Of a DNA stretch of 36,403 bases, positions 10,757 to 23,090 are shown in pieces. Origin of the DNA: Chiloscyllium plagiosum (lineage: Eukaryota); NCBI RefSeq assembly GCF_004010195.1, contig NC_057752.1:9930862-9967264 (forward strand). Reading direction: 5' to 3'. Under the pieces are notes generated by a model. That model worked only from the letters and a program-made list of their open reading frames with translations. It was not told the origin of the DNA and did no database searches. Made by a program: the position numbers and the translations under genes. Every line of letters starts with the position of its first letter. The first letter of the stretch is position 1.

Positions 10757-13559
10757 ATGCATTGCACCAGTTTCATCTCAACAAAATCGCTGAATAGCCA
10801 TTCTGTGGTTCATTTTTCAGTGCACGGCCCTGAACAATCACAACCAATCTGACTGGTTTGAAATCCTAACAGTCAATCATTAACTGCTGTATTTGGCCAT
10901 GGCAACGCCTCTACCAATCAATCAACACTCTCCTCATACGGTTGGTTTCCCCTTTATCAGTATTCATGTGAAGTATCCTGATGAGTGTAAGATGGAAAGC
11001 CTAAACAAAATATGTTGTTTTTCAGCAATATTTGGCATTGTCTTGTACCATAGGGCTGATTCTGCAGTGATCCACTCGGTGAACAGCTTCTTGCTAGCAG
11101 CATCTCTGACCTGTGGAATCAAGAAAATTGGCCTCAGCACATTTCAGCGCTGTGATCCTGATTCTGTTGGAGAAAAATAATTTAATTTTTGAAGTAATGG
11201 ACATTAAAAATCCCATGGCATTAACCAATGCAGGACAGAGTTCTCCTGGTTGTCTAAACAAGGTCTGTCAGTTTAGCAACATCGAAAGCAAACTAACTCA
11301 TCATTCAACCTATTACCGTCCACACAGAACAGCAATTGCACATTCATTTCAAAATTAATTAATTGGGTGAAATGCGAAATGTTTCAACTTGATAAGATAA
11401 TACATAAATGCAAGTATAATTCCATATATAGTTCCCAGATAAACTTTCTGCACTGTCTGCCCATTTTTGTGGCACAATTCAAGGAGTTGCATCGGGAAAT
11501 ATTGCAAAGATCAGTTAGAGTAGACCTTTCCCCAGTTTAGTGCTTGTCTATTTACAGCCTTTGTTTCCATTGATTGGCATAAACAAAATGTAAATATTAA
11601 TTTTGGGTGGTTACAGTCTACCGTCTATTTCCTGCTCCTCTTTTGTGCAGGACATGAGATAGAGCTAGGTGGCAGTCTTTACATGAAAGATAATGGAAGT
11701 AGTACATTATATTAAAGTAAACTGTTCCAACCATTTCTCACCTGATTTTTTAAAATGTTTTATTGTGCTAATTGTCAGCTATTTATTTTCAGCCATTATC
11801 AGCACCCACAGATTTCCCAATGGGAATCTCCCTATCAATCCCTTCCAATAGATTGGAGTTGGGGAGACATCATTTGTTGACAGCAAATTTGCTCTAGGTC
11901 AAGCGACAAGCAGTTCTTTTCAGCCTAAGCAAATGCACCTTTTTTTTTTTGTTTATTGTTTCTTCAGTCTTCCTGTTGTTCATTACAAGTTAACAAGTGG
12001 TGCTCACACATTCAACATGGCAAGATGCGTTATGTTGGGCATTAGGGAAAGAGTAGCATTCCTTCAGACAAGGTTCAAACATGGGATGGTGCAAAAAACG
12101 GGCAGTCTCTGTATGTTCATCATTGCAATGACAGGTGATCAGACAGGTAGTGATGTACAGTGTCAATAATGTTGTGAATGTAATCTTCTATTTCCAATGA
12201 AGTAGCACTCATGTCACATATGTGCCCGCAAAAGTTTTTCTGTTTTTTGTTTCCCTTTTCCTATATCAAGTGTGAAGGGCTATGGGTATTCCTGGTTGGC
12301 AACGTTTGGACTGGTGCACAGGCTGAGCTTTAAATTTGGCACCAAAACAGGCATTCTGGATGTTGCCATAGGGGTAAGCACTTTGGCCATTGGCAAGTGC
12401 ATGATCACACAAGCATGACAAGATGAGCAATTAAGAATTACATGAGGCAATAGAGGGAAACCTTCGGTATATTCTCTGAAATTGAAATTTAATTATGTTT
12501 GGTAAAATTCAGCCCACGGTTTGTTCTCCGGCAGTGTGTTGTATAATGAGATGAGAACAGAGAGTAGCAGGCTTCAGTTGGCATCTGCCCTTCTACTTCT
12601 CCACATCCAGCACACTCTCTGGCCTCCCTCCCCAGACTTGGAAAGCTGCCTGTCAAGGGGAGGCAGCAGTTACTGATCAAAGATTTGGTAGTCCACTAAC
12701 TCTTCTAGCTTTCCATTCCAAAGTGGTGGGTTGGCTTGCTGACAAAAGAATGGCAAAATTGCTGCCATGAAGTTAAAAAATCTATTATTATAATCGATAC
12801 AACAACTGCTGCATACAAAAGCAGCTACATTCCATGAATGGGTCCCAAGAAGAACACATAGAAGGTTGCAAGTAAAGGAACCTGTTTATGTGAAGGCTAT
12901 GATAAGGGAAGCTATCCTGCCTCAGGTGTCAGTGATAAGCAATTCAAACACTTCAATAACGTATATCATGGAAAGATGATCAGGGAAATAAATGAGAGAT
13001 GCTTGAGAACCATGGCTGATTCCTCTTATCCTGCCTGACCTCATAGAAATCTCTCCCTTAAACCTGAACTTGACATTTCAAGTGTCTAGAATGCTATAAG
13101 TCTAAATTAGGTTTCTACAAATTAATTCATAGCTAGCCTTAAAGTAAAACTTGCACTTTGAAATTCTGTACGTGAGCGTGGCGAGCAGGTTCATTTTCAG
13201 GAGTTACACCAACAGAACAGCCTAATTAAGGCCCAGCTGAAAATGGATCTTCATTAACTGGCACAGCTAGGCCCCTTCTGATAGAAGGATATACAAATTC
13301 ACAACGAAGTAGCACTTGAATGCAACTTCAGAGTATTGGAGCTGACCATCTCAGATTGAAGTGATGGCAGAAGAGTTGTTTGGTTGCTTTCAACTAAACA
13401 AAGCACCTTATTGGCAAGTATATCTAACTTTCAGTTTGAGTTTAGGTCCATGGTAGTTTTAACCCTTTTTCCTAAAAAGAGCTTGTTAAGTACAAGATTG
13501 ATACTCAACATTAAACAAGTACAATAATGTACTCAAAAAAGGGATTTGTCAAGTGTGAA

Positions 13560-14420
13560 AGATAGGGACACGAGTGATTTAACTAATAAGTTAAGATACG
13601 ATAGTGATGGCAGGACAAACTACGTGTTATGCTGCAGCATGTGGGAGCTGTTAGACACCATGTTGATCCACATTGAACTCATTTGTAGTACGTTTTTGCA
13701 GATTGAGTAACTTTGGAGCAGAGTTGAGGAGTTTGAGTTTGAGCAGCAGATATTGCATCACATCAGGGTCACATTGCATCAGGAGGCAGTCACAATCCTA
13801 GGATTAGGTAATTCAAACTTGGTCTGTAATCAAGGACAGAAGGTGCAAGTGTAAGGGACACAGGCATTGGGGGGGGGGAGGCTGAAAGGACAGTTTTGAG
13901 CATCTTTCATCTGAGAAACCATCCAATAGTTAGAGGTTCTTGCAAGCTGTGTAGATGAGAGCAGGGACTGCAGGGTGAGTGAACTGACTAGGGCACTGTG
14001 GTATAGGGAGCCAGTCAAGTAGGGAAGGAAGTAGTGTACAATATAGTTAGGGGTAGTTAAGGGGATATTGTTCCCTCCAGCCAGGAGTGAGAGTGCTGAA
14101 GGTTGTGTTGCCTGCCTAATGCCAGGGTTAAAGGACATCTCCTCAGGGCTCAAAAGGAAATTAGAGTGGAGGGGAGGGATCCAGTAGTCATCGATGTTGG
14201 TACTAAACAATATTAATAGGATTAGAAAGGAGGTTTTGCTTGAAGATTTTGAACAATTCAACTAAATTAGAAAGCAAAACAAGGTAATAATCTCAGGATT
14301 ACTAACTGAGTCATAGGTAAATTAGGATTGGGTAAATAAAAAGTCAAAAGGAATTAAATGCATCAAAGACTGATGTGGGAGGAGGAGTTTAAATTCATGG
14401 GGGAAAGGATGCTGTTCTGA
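13560..14420 (+). mobile_element. Decayed CR1 LINE ORF1 (Cys-rich N-terminus and SGNH-esterase-like domain)
   Basis: MAGQ..CCSMWEL, HICS, CCLPNARVK, DPVVIDVGT remnants. Confidence 0.75.
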
Positions 14421-14599
14421 TGGCGCAGGCTTCTCGAACCGTACTGAGACCAGTGTCCTGGAAAATCACCGAGGGAGTTTGGTTTGGGGGGTGGTGGCAG
14501 GCAGGGGAAGAAGAGAGAGAAGGGAAAGGAGAGAAAAAAAATACAAAGGCTCACAAAAAGAAACAAAAACAAGGATTTGGGGGCATTGCAGGGCAATTT

Positions 14600-14885
14600 C
14601 AGGCAGTATAGTCGTCAGTGGTTAGCACTGCTGCCTCACCAATGTCAGGGACCCGGATTCGATTCCAGCCGCAGGTGACTGTCTCTGGAAAGTTGGCACA
14701 TTCTCCCAGTGTCTGTGTGGGTTTCCACAGGGTGCTCCAGTTTCCTCCCACAATCTAAAGATGTACAGGTTAGGTGGATTAGTTATGGTTAATGCAGAGT
14801 CATGGGAATGGTGGGGGCTCCTCTTCAGAGAGTTGGTACAGACATGATAGACTGAATGGCCTCTTTCCATAATTCTATGATTCTT
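14600..14885 (+). mobile_element. HE1-type tRNA-derived SINE
   Basis: cagtggttagcactgctgcctcac...cccggattcgattcc A/B boxes; core; tail ctgaatggcctctttcc...ttctatgattct. Confidence 0.9.
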
Positions 14886-14929
14886 TGCTGAACATTTAAA
14901 AAATTAAGAGTAATGCGAAAATGGCAGCA

Positions 14930-15345
14930 TTAGTGGTTCTTTCATTTATATAGTTCTGAATAAAAGTGACTTAACTGCACAAGAGAGGTTATTGGGTATG
15001 ATCATACAACCACATTTCTAATGGGTACACAGAGTCTGAGCTTGGAACTAAACATTCAGGAATGTGAATTTTCAAAAAGACAGGTGGGGAGGAAAAGGTG
15101 GCAAAGTAGTTTTGTTAGTATTACGTGAAGAAAGTATAATAGCAAATTATCTAGGTCAGATGATGTAGAATCCAGATGGGTGGAGATAAGAAATAATAAG
15201 GAGAGGACAACATTGGTGGTCATAGTCTACAAGTCCACTATCAGCAGCTATACTGTAGAATTGAATAAATCAGGAGATAATGAAGGCATGCGAGAAAGGC
15301 AGTACATGAATGATGGGCACCTTTAATCTTCATGTAGATTTTGGA
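14930..15345 (+). mobile_element. Decayed CR1 ORF2 endonuclease fragment
   Basis: VESRWVEIRNNK, VIVYK, MGTFNLHVD remnants. Confidence 0.7.
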
Positions 15346-15739
15346 AGTTGGGGGGGGGGGGGGAAATCAAGCCGGCACAAAGATTGCCACAAGAAAGCAA
15401 TGTGCAATCTTTGTCAGGGGTAATATTACCCCTGACAGCCTCCAGTCTTTTTCGGACCTTCAAGGCAACCAAAGCAACACTGTTCTCAATGCACTTCCCT
15501 ATTACAAGTGTCAATTCAGAGACATCTGCTCAAAAGAATTCTCTTTCTTCCTCATGGGAACACCGACAGCAAGATTGAATATGCAGTGGACCAGGATCTG
15601 CTTTGGCTAAAACGGACTCTTTTGAGCGGTACCAAATCTCTACAGCAGATGGCAAAGATGCCTCTTTTTCCTCAAGTGTTGTCTCATCAGCCTCTGCTGC
15701 TGTCCAGTGTAACCTTTTTCATTGTCTTCTGCATTTGCC

Positions 15740-16340
15740 AGAAACAGTCTTTTTCAGATAATGAAATTGTGTAGCACACAACAGACACTATAACCAGACA
15801 GGTGCCAGACAGAACTATATTTAAATACACTCCAGATCTAAGCACCTGAAGAGAGCCATTGGAGTGCTTCTCGTCTATTCTATATCAATCTTGGTACAGG
15901 ATTCATTATATCAATGTTGTAGGGTCTTTGAGATCCCCAGTAGTATCATTACCCAGTGTTACAGATAGCAGCCCTTGGCACAGAGCAACTGTCTTGGGCC
16001 TGTGAACTGTGATAGGAATTTAGAGTTCCGTAACACACAAGAATTATGACAGCTTCCTCTATAATAACTACTGAAATGGTGTGCTTGGCATTACACACCA
16101 GCTTCAGATTAAATAAATTACATGTTTTCATATTGGAAAAATTATGTTCTGCAGGACACACATGGTGGCACAAGTTCCTGTAATGACCATCCAGTCCTTA
16201 AGAAATTCAAGAAGTCAGTAAAATTGTCCTATGCATTGTGCCAGGACCAGTAGGTGTGAGGTAACTGGGTAACTTGTACAAATAAGACGTCTATAACCTG
16301 CATTATGCACTGGTATAAAGCCAATTGGTTCATATGATAT
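15740..16340 (-). mobile_element. Decayed PIF/Harbinger (HARBI1-like DDE) transposase
   Basis: Minus strand LKLVCNAKH...RGSCHNSCVLRNS...LLCAKGCYL*HWVM...YNES...IE*T...LFRCLD...CVLHNFII follows the Harbinger motif order PGSxHD, LLGDxGY, RYN, RFRCL, CCxLHN; contains stops and frameshifts. Confidence 0.8.
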
Positions 16341-16419
16341 GTCACCAATGCTCCCTTGGGGAAAAAAAAACCCTGAAGAATACAAATGCAACATTTCTTT
16401 TCATGGTCATTGACAATGT

Positions 16420-16795
16420 GCTTTTTATTTACTCGGGGGATATAGGCATCGCTGGCTGGCCAGCACCTTTTTTTTAAACTGCCCGTTCCCTAGCTGCCAT
16501 TGAGAAGGTGGTGGTGATGAGCTGCCTTCTTGAACCGCTGCAGTCTGAATACTGTAAGGTGACCTACAATCCTGTTAGGGAGAGAATTCCAGGACTCTGA
16601 CCCAGTGAGACTGAAGGAACAGTGATATATTTCCAAGTCAGGATGGAGAGTAGCTTGGAGGGGAACTTGCAGGGGGCAATGTTCCCATGTATCTGCTGCC
16701 CTTGTCCTTCAAAATGGTCATCTGTTTAGAAGGTTCTGTTTAAAGGATCTTTGGTGAATTTTTGCAGGCTGCTTTGTCCTGGATGCTGTCCAAGT
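16420..16795 (-). mobile_element. CR1/L2-group LINE 3' fragment
   Basis: Same 3' end as 16808-17130 (gagaaggtggtggtga..gctgccttcttgaacc). Confidence 0.8.
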
Positions 16796-16807
16796 TTTAA
16801 AAGAATT

Positions 16808-17632
16808 AATTTATTTATTCATTTGTGGGATGTGGGCATTGCTGGCTGGCCAGCATTTATTGCCTGTCCCTAGTTGCCCTTGAGAAGGTGGTGGTGAGCT
16901 GCCTTCTTGAACCACTGCAGTGGGTTGACCCACAATGCCCTTCGGGAGGCAATTCCAGGATTTGGACCCAGTGACAATGAAGAAATAGCGATATATTTCC
17001 ACATCAGGGTGGTGAGGGGCTCGGAGGGGAACTTGAAGGTGGTGTTCCCATATATCTGCTGCCCTGGTTCTTCCAGATGGAAGTGGTCATGGGTTTGGAA
17101 GGTGCTGTCTGAGGATCTTTGGTGAATTTCTGTAGTGCACCTTGTCGATAGTACACACTGCTGCAACTGGGCATCGATGGTGAAGCGAGTGGATACTTGT
17201 GGATGTGGTGCCAATCAAGCAGGCTACTTAAGCGAGTGGATACTTGTGGATGTGGTGCCAATCAAGCAGGCTACTTTGTCCTGGATGGTATCAAACTTCT
17301 TGAGTGTTGTTGGAGCTGCACTCATCCAGGCAAGTGGGGAATATTCAATCACTCTCCTGACTTGTGCCTTGTAGATGGTGGACTGTTTCTGGTCAATGGT
17401 AACCCCCAAGGATGTCTATAGTGGGAGTTTCAGTGATGGTACCACCATAGAATGTCAAGGGGCAGTGGTTAGATTGTCTCTTGTTGGAGATGGTCATTTC
17501 CTGGCATTTGTATAGTGCAAATGTTACTTTCCACTTGTCAGCTCAAGCCAGCATATTGTCCAGATCTTGTTTCGTTTAAACATGGGCTGCTTCAGTATCT
17601 GAGGAGTTGCGAAGGGTGCTGAACATTGTGTG
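16808..17632 (-). mobile_element. CR1/L2-group LINE 3' part (RT C-terminus)
   Basis: GVTIDQK, IYKAQVRRVIEYSPLAWMSAAPTTLKKFDTIQDKVACLIG; gaataaataaa tail. Confidence 0.85.
17183..17276. repeat. Perfect 47-bp tandem duplication inside the LINE
   Basis: aagcgagtggatacttgtggatgtggtgccaatcaagcaggctactt at 17183-17229 and 17230-17276. Confidence 0.95.
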
Positions 17633-18671
17633 ATTAAGACTGCTTCAGGTCAATGTGGTTTCCAGGAATAAGTTGCTGGCAAAACCAATTGCCTTTCATG
17701 AAAAACACAGCCTCTCAAAGTATTGGCTACTCATCAGGTCGAGATCGGAGCACCCAGTTTTAATAGGCACAATGGCATAATGATCGCAGGTGAGAGTCTG
17801 GTAGTCCTGAGTTCACCAAGCTGATCTGATCATACTTTTTTTTCTTTATTAGAGAAGAGGAATGTCACAGCAAAATGGCACTGTGGCTTAGATGGAATAG
17901 GTCTTTAAAAAAAAGAGATTAAATCTGTGGGGCAGTGCTCCAGGTATCTCCTCAAGGTTCACAAAGCTGCAGCAAAATAAATGAATGAATAAATGGTTCA
18001 GAGAAAGGAACAACCAAAAAATAGTGCTTTTTATGTATCTCTGTCGGCCCACTGACAATGAACAACCTGCAGTGATTCTTAGATACTCATTGTTTCGTGA
18101 AGACAGAGGACAGCTAGTTAGAAGAGAAATGCAGCATTATATGTTGTATACTGACTTGAACACAATTAGCTTGCTGAAAGAAGATCTACTTGCAGGCACT
18201 GCACGATGCAAAAATCAGTAGGGAGTGTTAAGAAAATTCTACCGGACCTCAGGGATCCAAAGAATAGCCTCTCTATCCCTTTCCTCAGCTATCTCCTCCA
18301 AATTAGCTACAAAAATGGGAAAAATTCTCACCTTTTGAGATGCACTACAAATCTGTTTTCCCATTTGCCTGTCTTGTCAAGCTGCAGGAAGCCATTAAAA
18401 ACGTGTCGGCACCAGTTAATATCCACAAATAGGTCAGCTAGCACATCACAGGTATTCATGATCATTGGCAAGTATTATTCAGCTGACTGTGGAGACCACA
18501 ATGGGGAATCAACTCATTTTATATTGATGTATGGAAATGCAGTTCTTCCTATTTCTGCTCAGGATTCTACGCTCATGTGTGGTGGAATGCTTTCAGTGAA
18601 GCTCTCAATGTTAGAAAGGGGGTGTATATATATATATTCTAACATTAATTTAGAAGTATATTGCTCTCTAC

Positions 18672-18722
18672 CTTCAAGAATCTTGCCTTTACTTTGATGT
18701 GCCTTTTTTCTTTCTCTGTTTC
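18672..18722 (-). CDS. Coding exon A2 (51 nt, phase 0-0): ETEKEKRHIKVKARFLK
   Basis: Acceptor ctttaacatttAG and donor AAG|gtagag; paralog of exon A1. Confidence 0.8.
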
Positions 18723-19394
18723 CTAAATGTTAAAGTAAATCAACAAACCAAATTTACAAACAATAATAAAAAGTATTAAAAAATGGTTTGTCGTGTAAAC
18801 TATAAATAAAAGTAGCTGTCTATGGTGATTGAGGGCAACAAAAAAAATGGCTCATGTCTTCCTGTAGAAGCAAGGAGATATTTAGCAGAGTTTTCCCCTC
18901 ACTTTTAATTGGTTAAATTGGTGAAAAGTGACACAGAGTATACATGTTTGTGGATAGAGTGGTCTGAATTAAAAGCACTCTTATTCCATGGATGTCAATC
19001 TGTTAAGATGACTTTTTTTTAAAAAAGCTGGGGGTTAGAAGAGGAAGATGAGTGTTTAGAACGACTATGGCAATAATTCATGCACAAAACCTGAGAAGGT
19101 AGCTGGAGTATTTAAAAAAAAACAAAAAAAGGGGTCATTGAAGAGAAGTCCCAATGTGTATTTTAAAAGACTTCTTGGAACTCACAGCGCTACCATTCTC
19201 CTCCATTCCGAGAAACATCATTTGAGGGTCCGGTGTGACCATAGGGCTGGCTGCTCTCTCAGGAGAGTGAGACAACTGGTGGCAAGGGTCACCACACCTC
19301 AGGCATTGGGGGAGGGGGTTGAGAAAGAGAGTCCTTCATGGTAACTTCAGATGGTGCAGGACTTGAACCCACAGTGTGCCAACTGAAGTATTGA

Positions 19395-21945
19395 TCTCCT
19401 GACGAGGACTCGTCTACTAAGGTTAGAAACAGGAGAGGAGAGGTCACACTACTGGGAGTTTTATTTAAAAAAAATATATAGGCCTCTGATAAGTGCCAGG
19501 GATGCGGAGGAGAGGATCGGCAAAACAATTCTGGATAGGAGTGAAAGGAAAAGGGTGGTCATTATGGGGGACTTTAACTTCCCCAACATTTATAGCATTT
19601 CCAGTCACTCTAGTATAATCAGATGGATCAGTTTTTGTTCAATGAGTGCAGGAGGGTTTCCTGGCACAGTATGTTGAAGGGCCAACAAGAGAGGAGGCCC
19701 CACTGGATCTGGTACTTGGTAATGAACCAGGTCAGATGTTTGATTTAGTGGCAGCTGAGTACTTTGGAGAGCGTGACCATAATTTGATTACAATTAGTTT
19801 AGCGATGGAAAGGAAATTGGTACATGCCACAGGGCAAGAGTTATAGATGGGGGAAGGGCAATTATAATGTGATTAGGCAACACTGAGAAGGCATAGAACG
19901 GGGTAGCAAAATGCAGGGGATGGGGACAATCAAAACGTGGGGCTGGTTTCACGAATAGATATTGTATGTCCCTGTCAGGCAGGCAGGAAGTGATAAGGTA
20001 AGGGAACCATGGTTCACTAAAGAAATTCTCTCTCTTGTTAAATGGAAGAGGGAGGCTTATGTGACATTTGAGAAGAGATGGTTCAGATGAGGTGATGGAG
20101 AGTTACAGATTAGCTCAGAAAGATTTAAAGAGACAGTTAAGAAGAGCAAGGAGGCAACATGAGCAGTCTTTAGCAAGTAGAATAAAGGAGAACCCTAACG
20201 CTTTCTATAGGTATGTGAGGAATAAAAGGATGACTAGGGTAGGAATAGGGCGTGTCAAAGACAGAAGTGGGAAGTTGTGTATGCACCCTGTGAAGATCAG
20301 AGAGGTGCTAAACGAATATTTCTCATCTGTTTTCACTCAGAAAAGGAGAATATTGTAGAGGAGAAGAATGAGATACAGGCTATTAGACTGAAAAGGATTG
20401 AGGTTAGTAAGGACGAGGTGTTATCAATTCTAGAAGGTGTGAAAGTAGGTACGTCCCCTGGGCCGGATGGGATTTATCCGAGGATTCTCTGGGAAGCTAG
20501 GGAGGAGATGGCAGAGCCTTTGTCCTTGATCTTTGAGTCGTCATTGTCTACAGGCATAGTACCAGAGGACTGAAGGATTGCAAATGTTGTACCCTTGTTC
20601 AAAGAGGGCAGTGGAGAGATGACCCAGGTAATTATAGACCAGTGAGCCTTATATCTGTTGTAGGAAAAGTTCTGGAAAGGATTATAAGAGATAGGATTTA
20701 TCATCTAGCAAGGAACAATTTGATTAGAGATAGTAAACATGGTTTCATCAAGCGCAGGTTGTGTCTCACAAACCTCACTGAGTTTTTTGAGAATGTGACC
20801 AAGCATGTAGATGAGGGTAGGGCAGTTGACGTCGTATACATGGACTTCAATAAAGCCTTTGATAAGGCTCCACATGGTAGGCTTTTAGAGAAAATGCCGA
20901 GGCATGGGATTGAAAGTGATTTAGCAGTTTGGATTAGAAACTGGCTTTCTGTAAGAAGGCTGCAAGTGGTGGTTGATGTTCAGCCTGGAGTCCAGTTACT
21001 AGTGGTGTGCCATAAGGATCTGTTTTGGGACCACTGTTGTTTGTCATTTTTATAAACGACTTGGACGCAGTTATAGGTGGATGGGTTAGTAAGTTTGCAG
21101 ATGACACTAAAGTCGGTGGAATGGTGGAAAATGTGGAAGAATGTTGCAGGGTGACTTGGAATAACTGCATAATTGGGCTGAGAGGTGGCAAATGAAGTTC
21201 AATGCAGATAAATGAGAGGTGATTCACTTTGGAAAGAATAACACGAAGGCAGAATACTGGGTCAATGGAAAGATCCTTGGTAGTGTGGATGTGCAGATCT
21301 TGGTGTCCCTGTACATAGATCCTTGAAAGTTGCCACCCAGGTTGATAGTGCTGTTAAGAAGACATACAGTGTGTTAGGTTTTATTAGTAGAGGATTGAGT
21401 TCCGGAGCCGTAATGTCATGCTGCGACTGTACAAAACGCTAGTGCGGCCGCACTTGGAATATTGTGTGCAGATCTGGTCGTCCCATTACAGGAAGGATGT
21501 GGAAGCATTGGAACAGGTGCAGAGGAGATTTACCAGGATGTTGCCTGGTCTGGAGGGAAGGTCTTATGAGGAAAGGCTGAGGGACTTGGGTCTGTTCTCA
21601 TTGGAGAGAAGGAGGCTAAGAGGGGATTTAATACAGACATACAAGATGGTCAGAGGATTAGATAGGGTGGACAGTGAGAGTCTTTTTCAGAGGATGACGA
21701 CGTTGACTTGTACGAGGGGGCATAGCTGCAAACTGAGGGGTGATAGATTTAAGACAGGTGTTAGAGGTAGGTTCTTCACTCAAGAGTGGTAAGGGCGTGG
21801 AATGCCCTGCCTGCCAATGTAGTTAACTCAGCCACATTAGGGGCATTTAAACAGTCCTTGGCTAAGCACGTGAATGATGATGGGACAGTGTGGGGGATGG
21901 GCTTAGAGTCACAGGTTGGCGCACTGCATTGTTCTATGTTCTAAA
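19395..21945 (+). mobile_element. HER1/CR1 LINE ORF2 (endonuclease end, RT, 3' UTR), decayed
   Basis: MGDFNFP, PTREEAPLDLVL, SPGPDGIYPRIL, VYMDFNKAFDK, FADDTK, LEYCVQIWS; ttctatgttcta tail. Confidence 0.95.
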
Positions 21946-22284
21946 GCTCCTGAAAGAGAGTTCTTCTTGGCGCTACCTGAAGAAACGGTGTCTGCAAAAA
22001 AAATGACCCAGTGACAACTGCTTGTGTTTAGTGACATCAGTTAATATTTGCCAGGATGGGCAAAACCCATCTCTTTTTCCACCCCCTCCCCCCCCCTTCA
22101 GAAACAAACAATTATTCACCAAAGTGATCTGATAAAGTTAATCCTAGAGAAAATGTCTTCCATTACTGGGGGGGTGTGTATTATTTAGAAGGCTTAACAT
22201 TTATATCTTCATATTTAAAACGGTGTTAATGTGATTTTGCATTATCAAAGAAATAATTTGTTCTTTATTGAACAAACCTGGTTG

Positions 22285-23090
22285 ATAGATAGAGTCACAG
22301 ATGTACAGCATGGAAATAGACCCTTCAGTCCAAACCGTCCATGCCGACCAGATATCCCAACCCAATCTAGTCCCACCTACCAACACCCGGCCCATATCCC
22401 TCCAAACCCTTCCTATTCATTTACCCATCCAAATGCCTTTTAAATGTTGCAATTGTACCAGCCTCCACCACTTCCTCTGGCAGCTCATTCCATACAGGTA
22501 CCACCCTCTGATAGGAAGGAGACCAGAATTGCACGCAATATTCCAACAGTGGCCTAACCAATGTCCTGTACAGCCGCAACATGACCTCCCAACTCCTGTA
22601 CTCAATACTCTGACCAATAAAGGAAAGCATACCAAACGCCTTCTTCACTAGCCTATCTACCTGCGACTCCACTTTCAATGAGCAATGAACCTGCAGTCCA
22701 AGGTCTCTTTGTTCAGCAACACTCCTGAGGACCTTACCATTAAGTGTATACATCCTGCTAAGATTTGCTTTCCCAAAATGCAGCACCCTCGCATTTATCG
22801 GAATTAAACTCCATCTGCCACTTCTCAGCCCATTGGCCCATCTGGTTAAGGTCCTGTTGTAATCTGAGGTAACCCTCTTCGCGGTCCACTACATCTCCGA
22901 TTTTGGTGTCATTTACAAACTTACTAACTGTACCTCTTATGCTCACAGCCAAATCGTTTATATAAATGACAAAAAGTAGAGGACCCAGAACCGATCCTTG
23001 TAGCACTCCACTGGTCACAGGCCTCCAGTCTGAAAAACAACCCTCCACCAGCCAGTTCTGTATCCAAATGGCTAGTTCTCCCTGTATTCC
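22285..23090 (-). mobile_element. HER1/CR1 LINE 3' fragment with internal deletion
   Basis: Very similar to 4123-5210; jumps from ccaccctctg to ataggaagg at 22510, skipping about 275 bp present in the other copy. Confidence 0.95.

Larger units (their letters stand above)
8230..11032 (-). mobile_element. Decayed Penelope-like retroelement (RT + GIY-YIG) with an inverted second pLTR at about 10390-11032 (+)
   Basis: Minus strand: LFTNV, SAVEFRLNVIMYTQ, FSTTVCHKPTFTGLYTHWD, LYVGCTSQRL, SAFGQHLL. Plus arm: DSAIG*YLLDHLECPKNYTDNQFRIV. 8260-8350 is the reverse complement of 10940-11031. Confidence 0.85.

Noticed and set aside
12830..13010. Possible Gypsy integrase C-terminal remnant (VKEPVYVK)
   Set aside because: A single weak motif with no LTRs or other domains
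14610..14670. tRNA gene
   Set aside because: A/B boxes are the tRNA-derived head of a SINE; no full cloverleaf
18206..18697. 163-aa plus-strand ORF
   Set aside because: No recognisable domain; overlaps exon A2 in antisense; probably spurious
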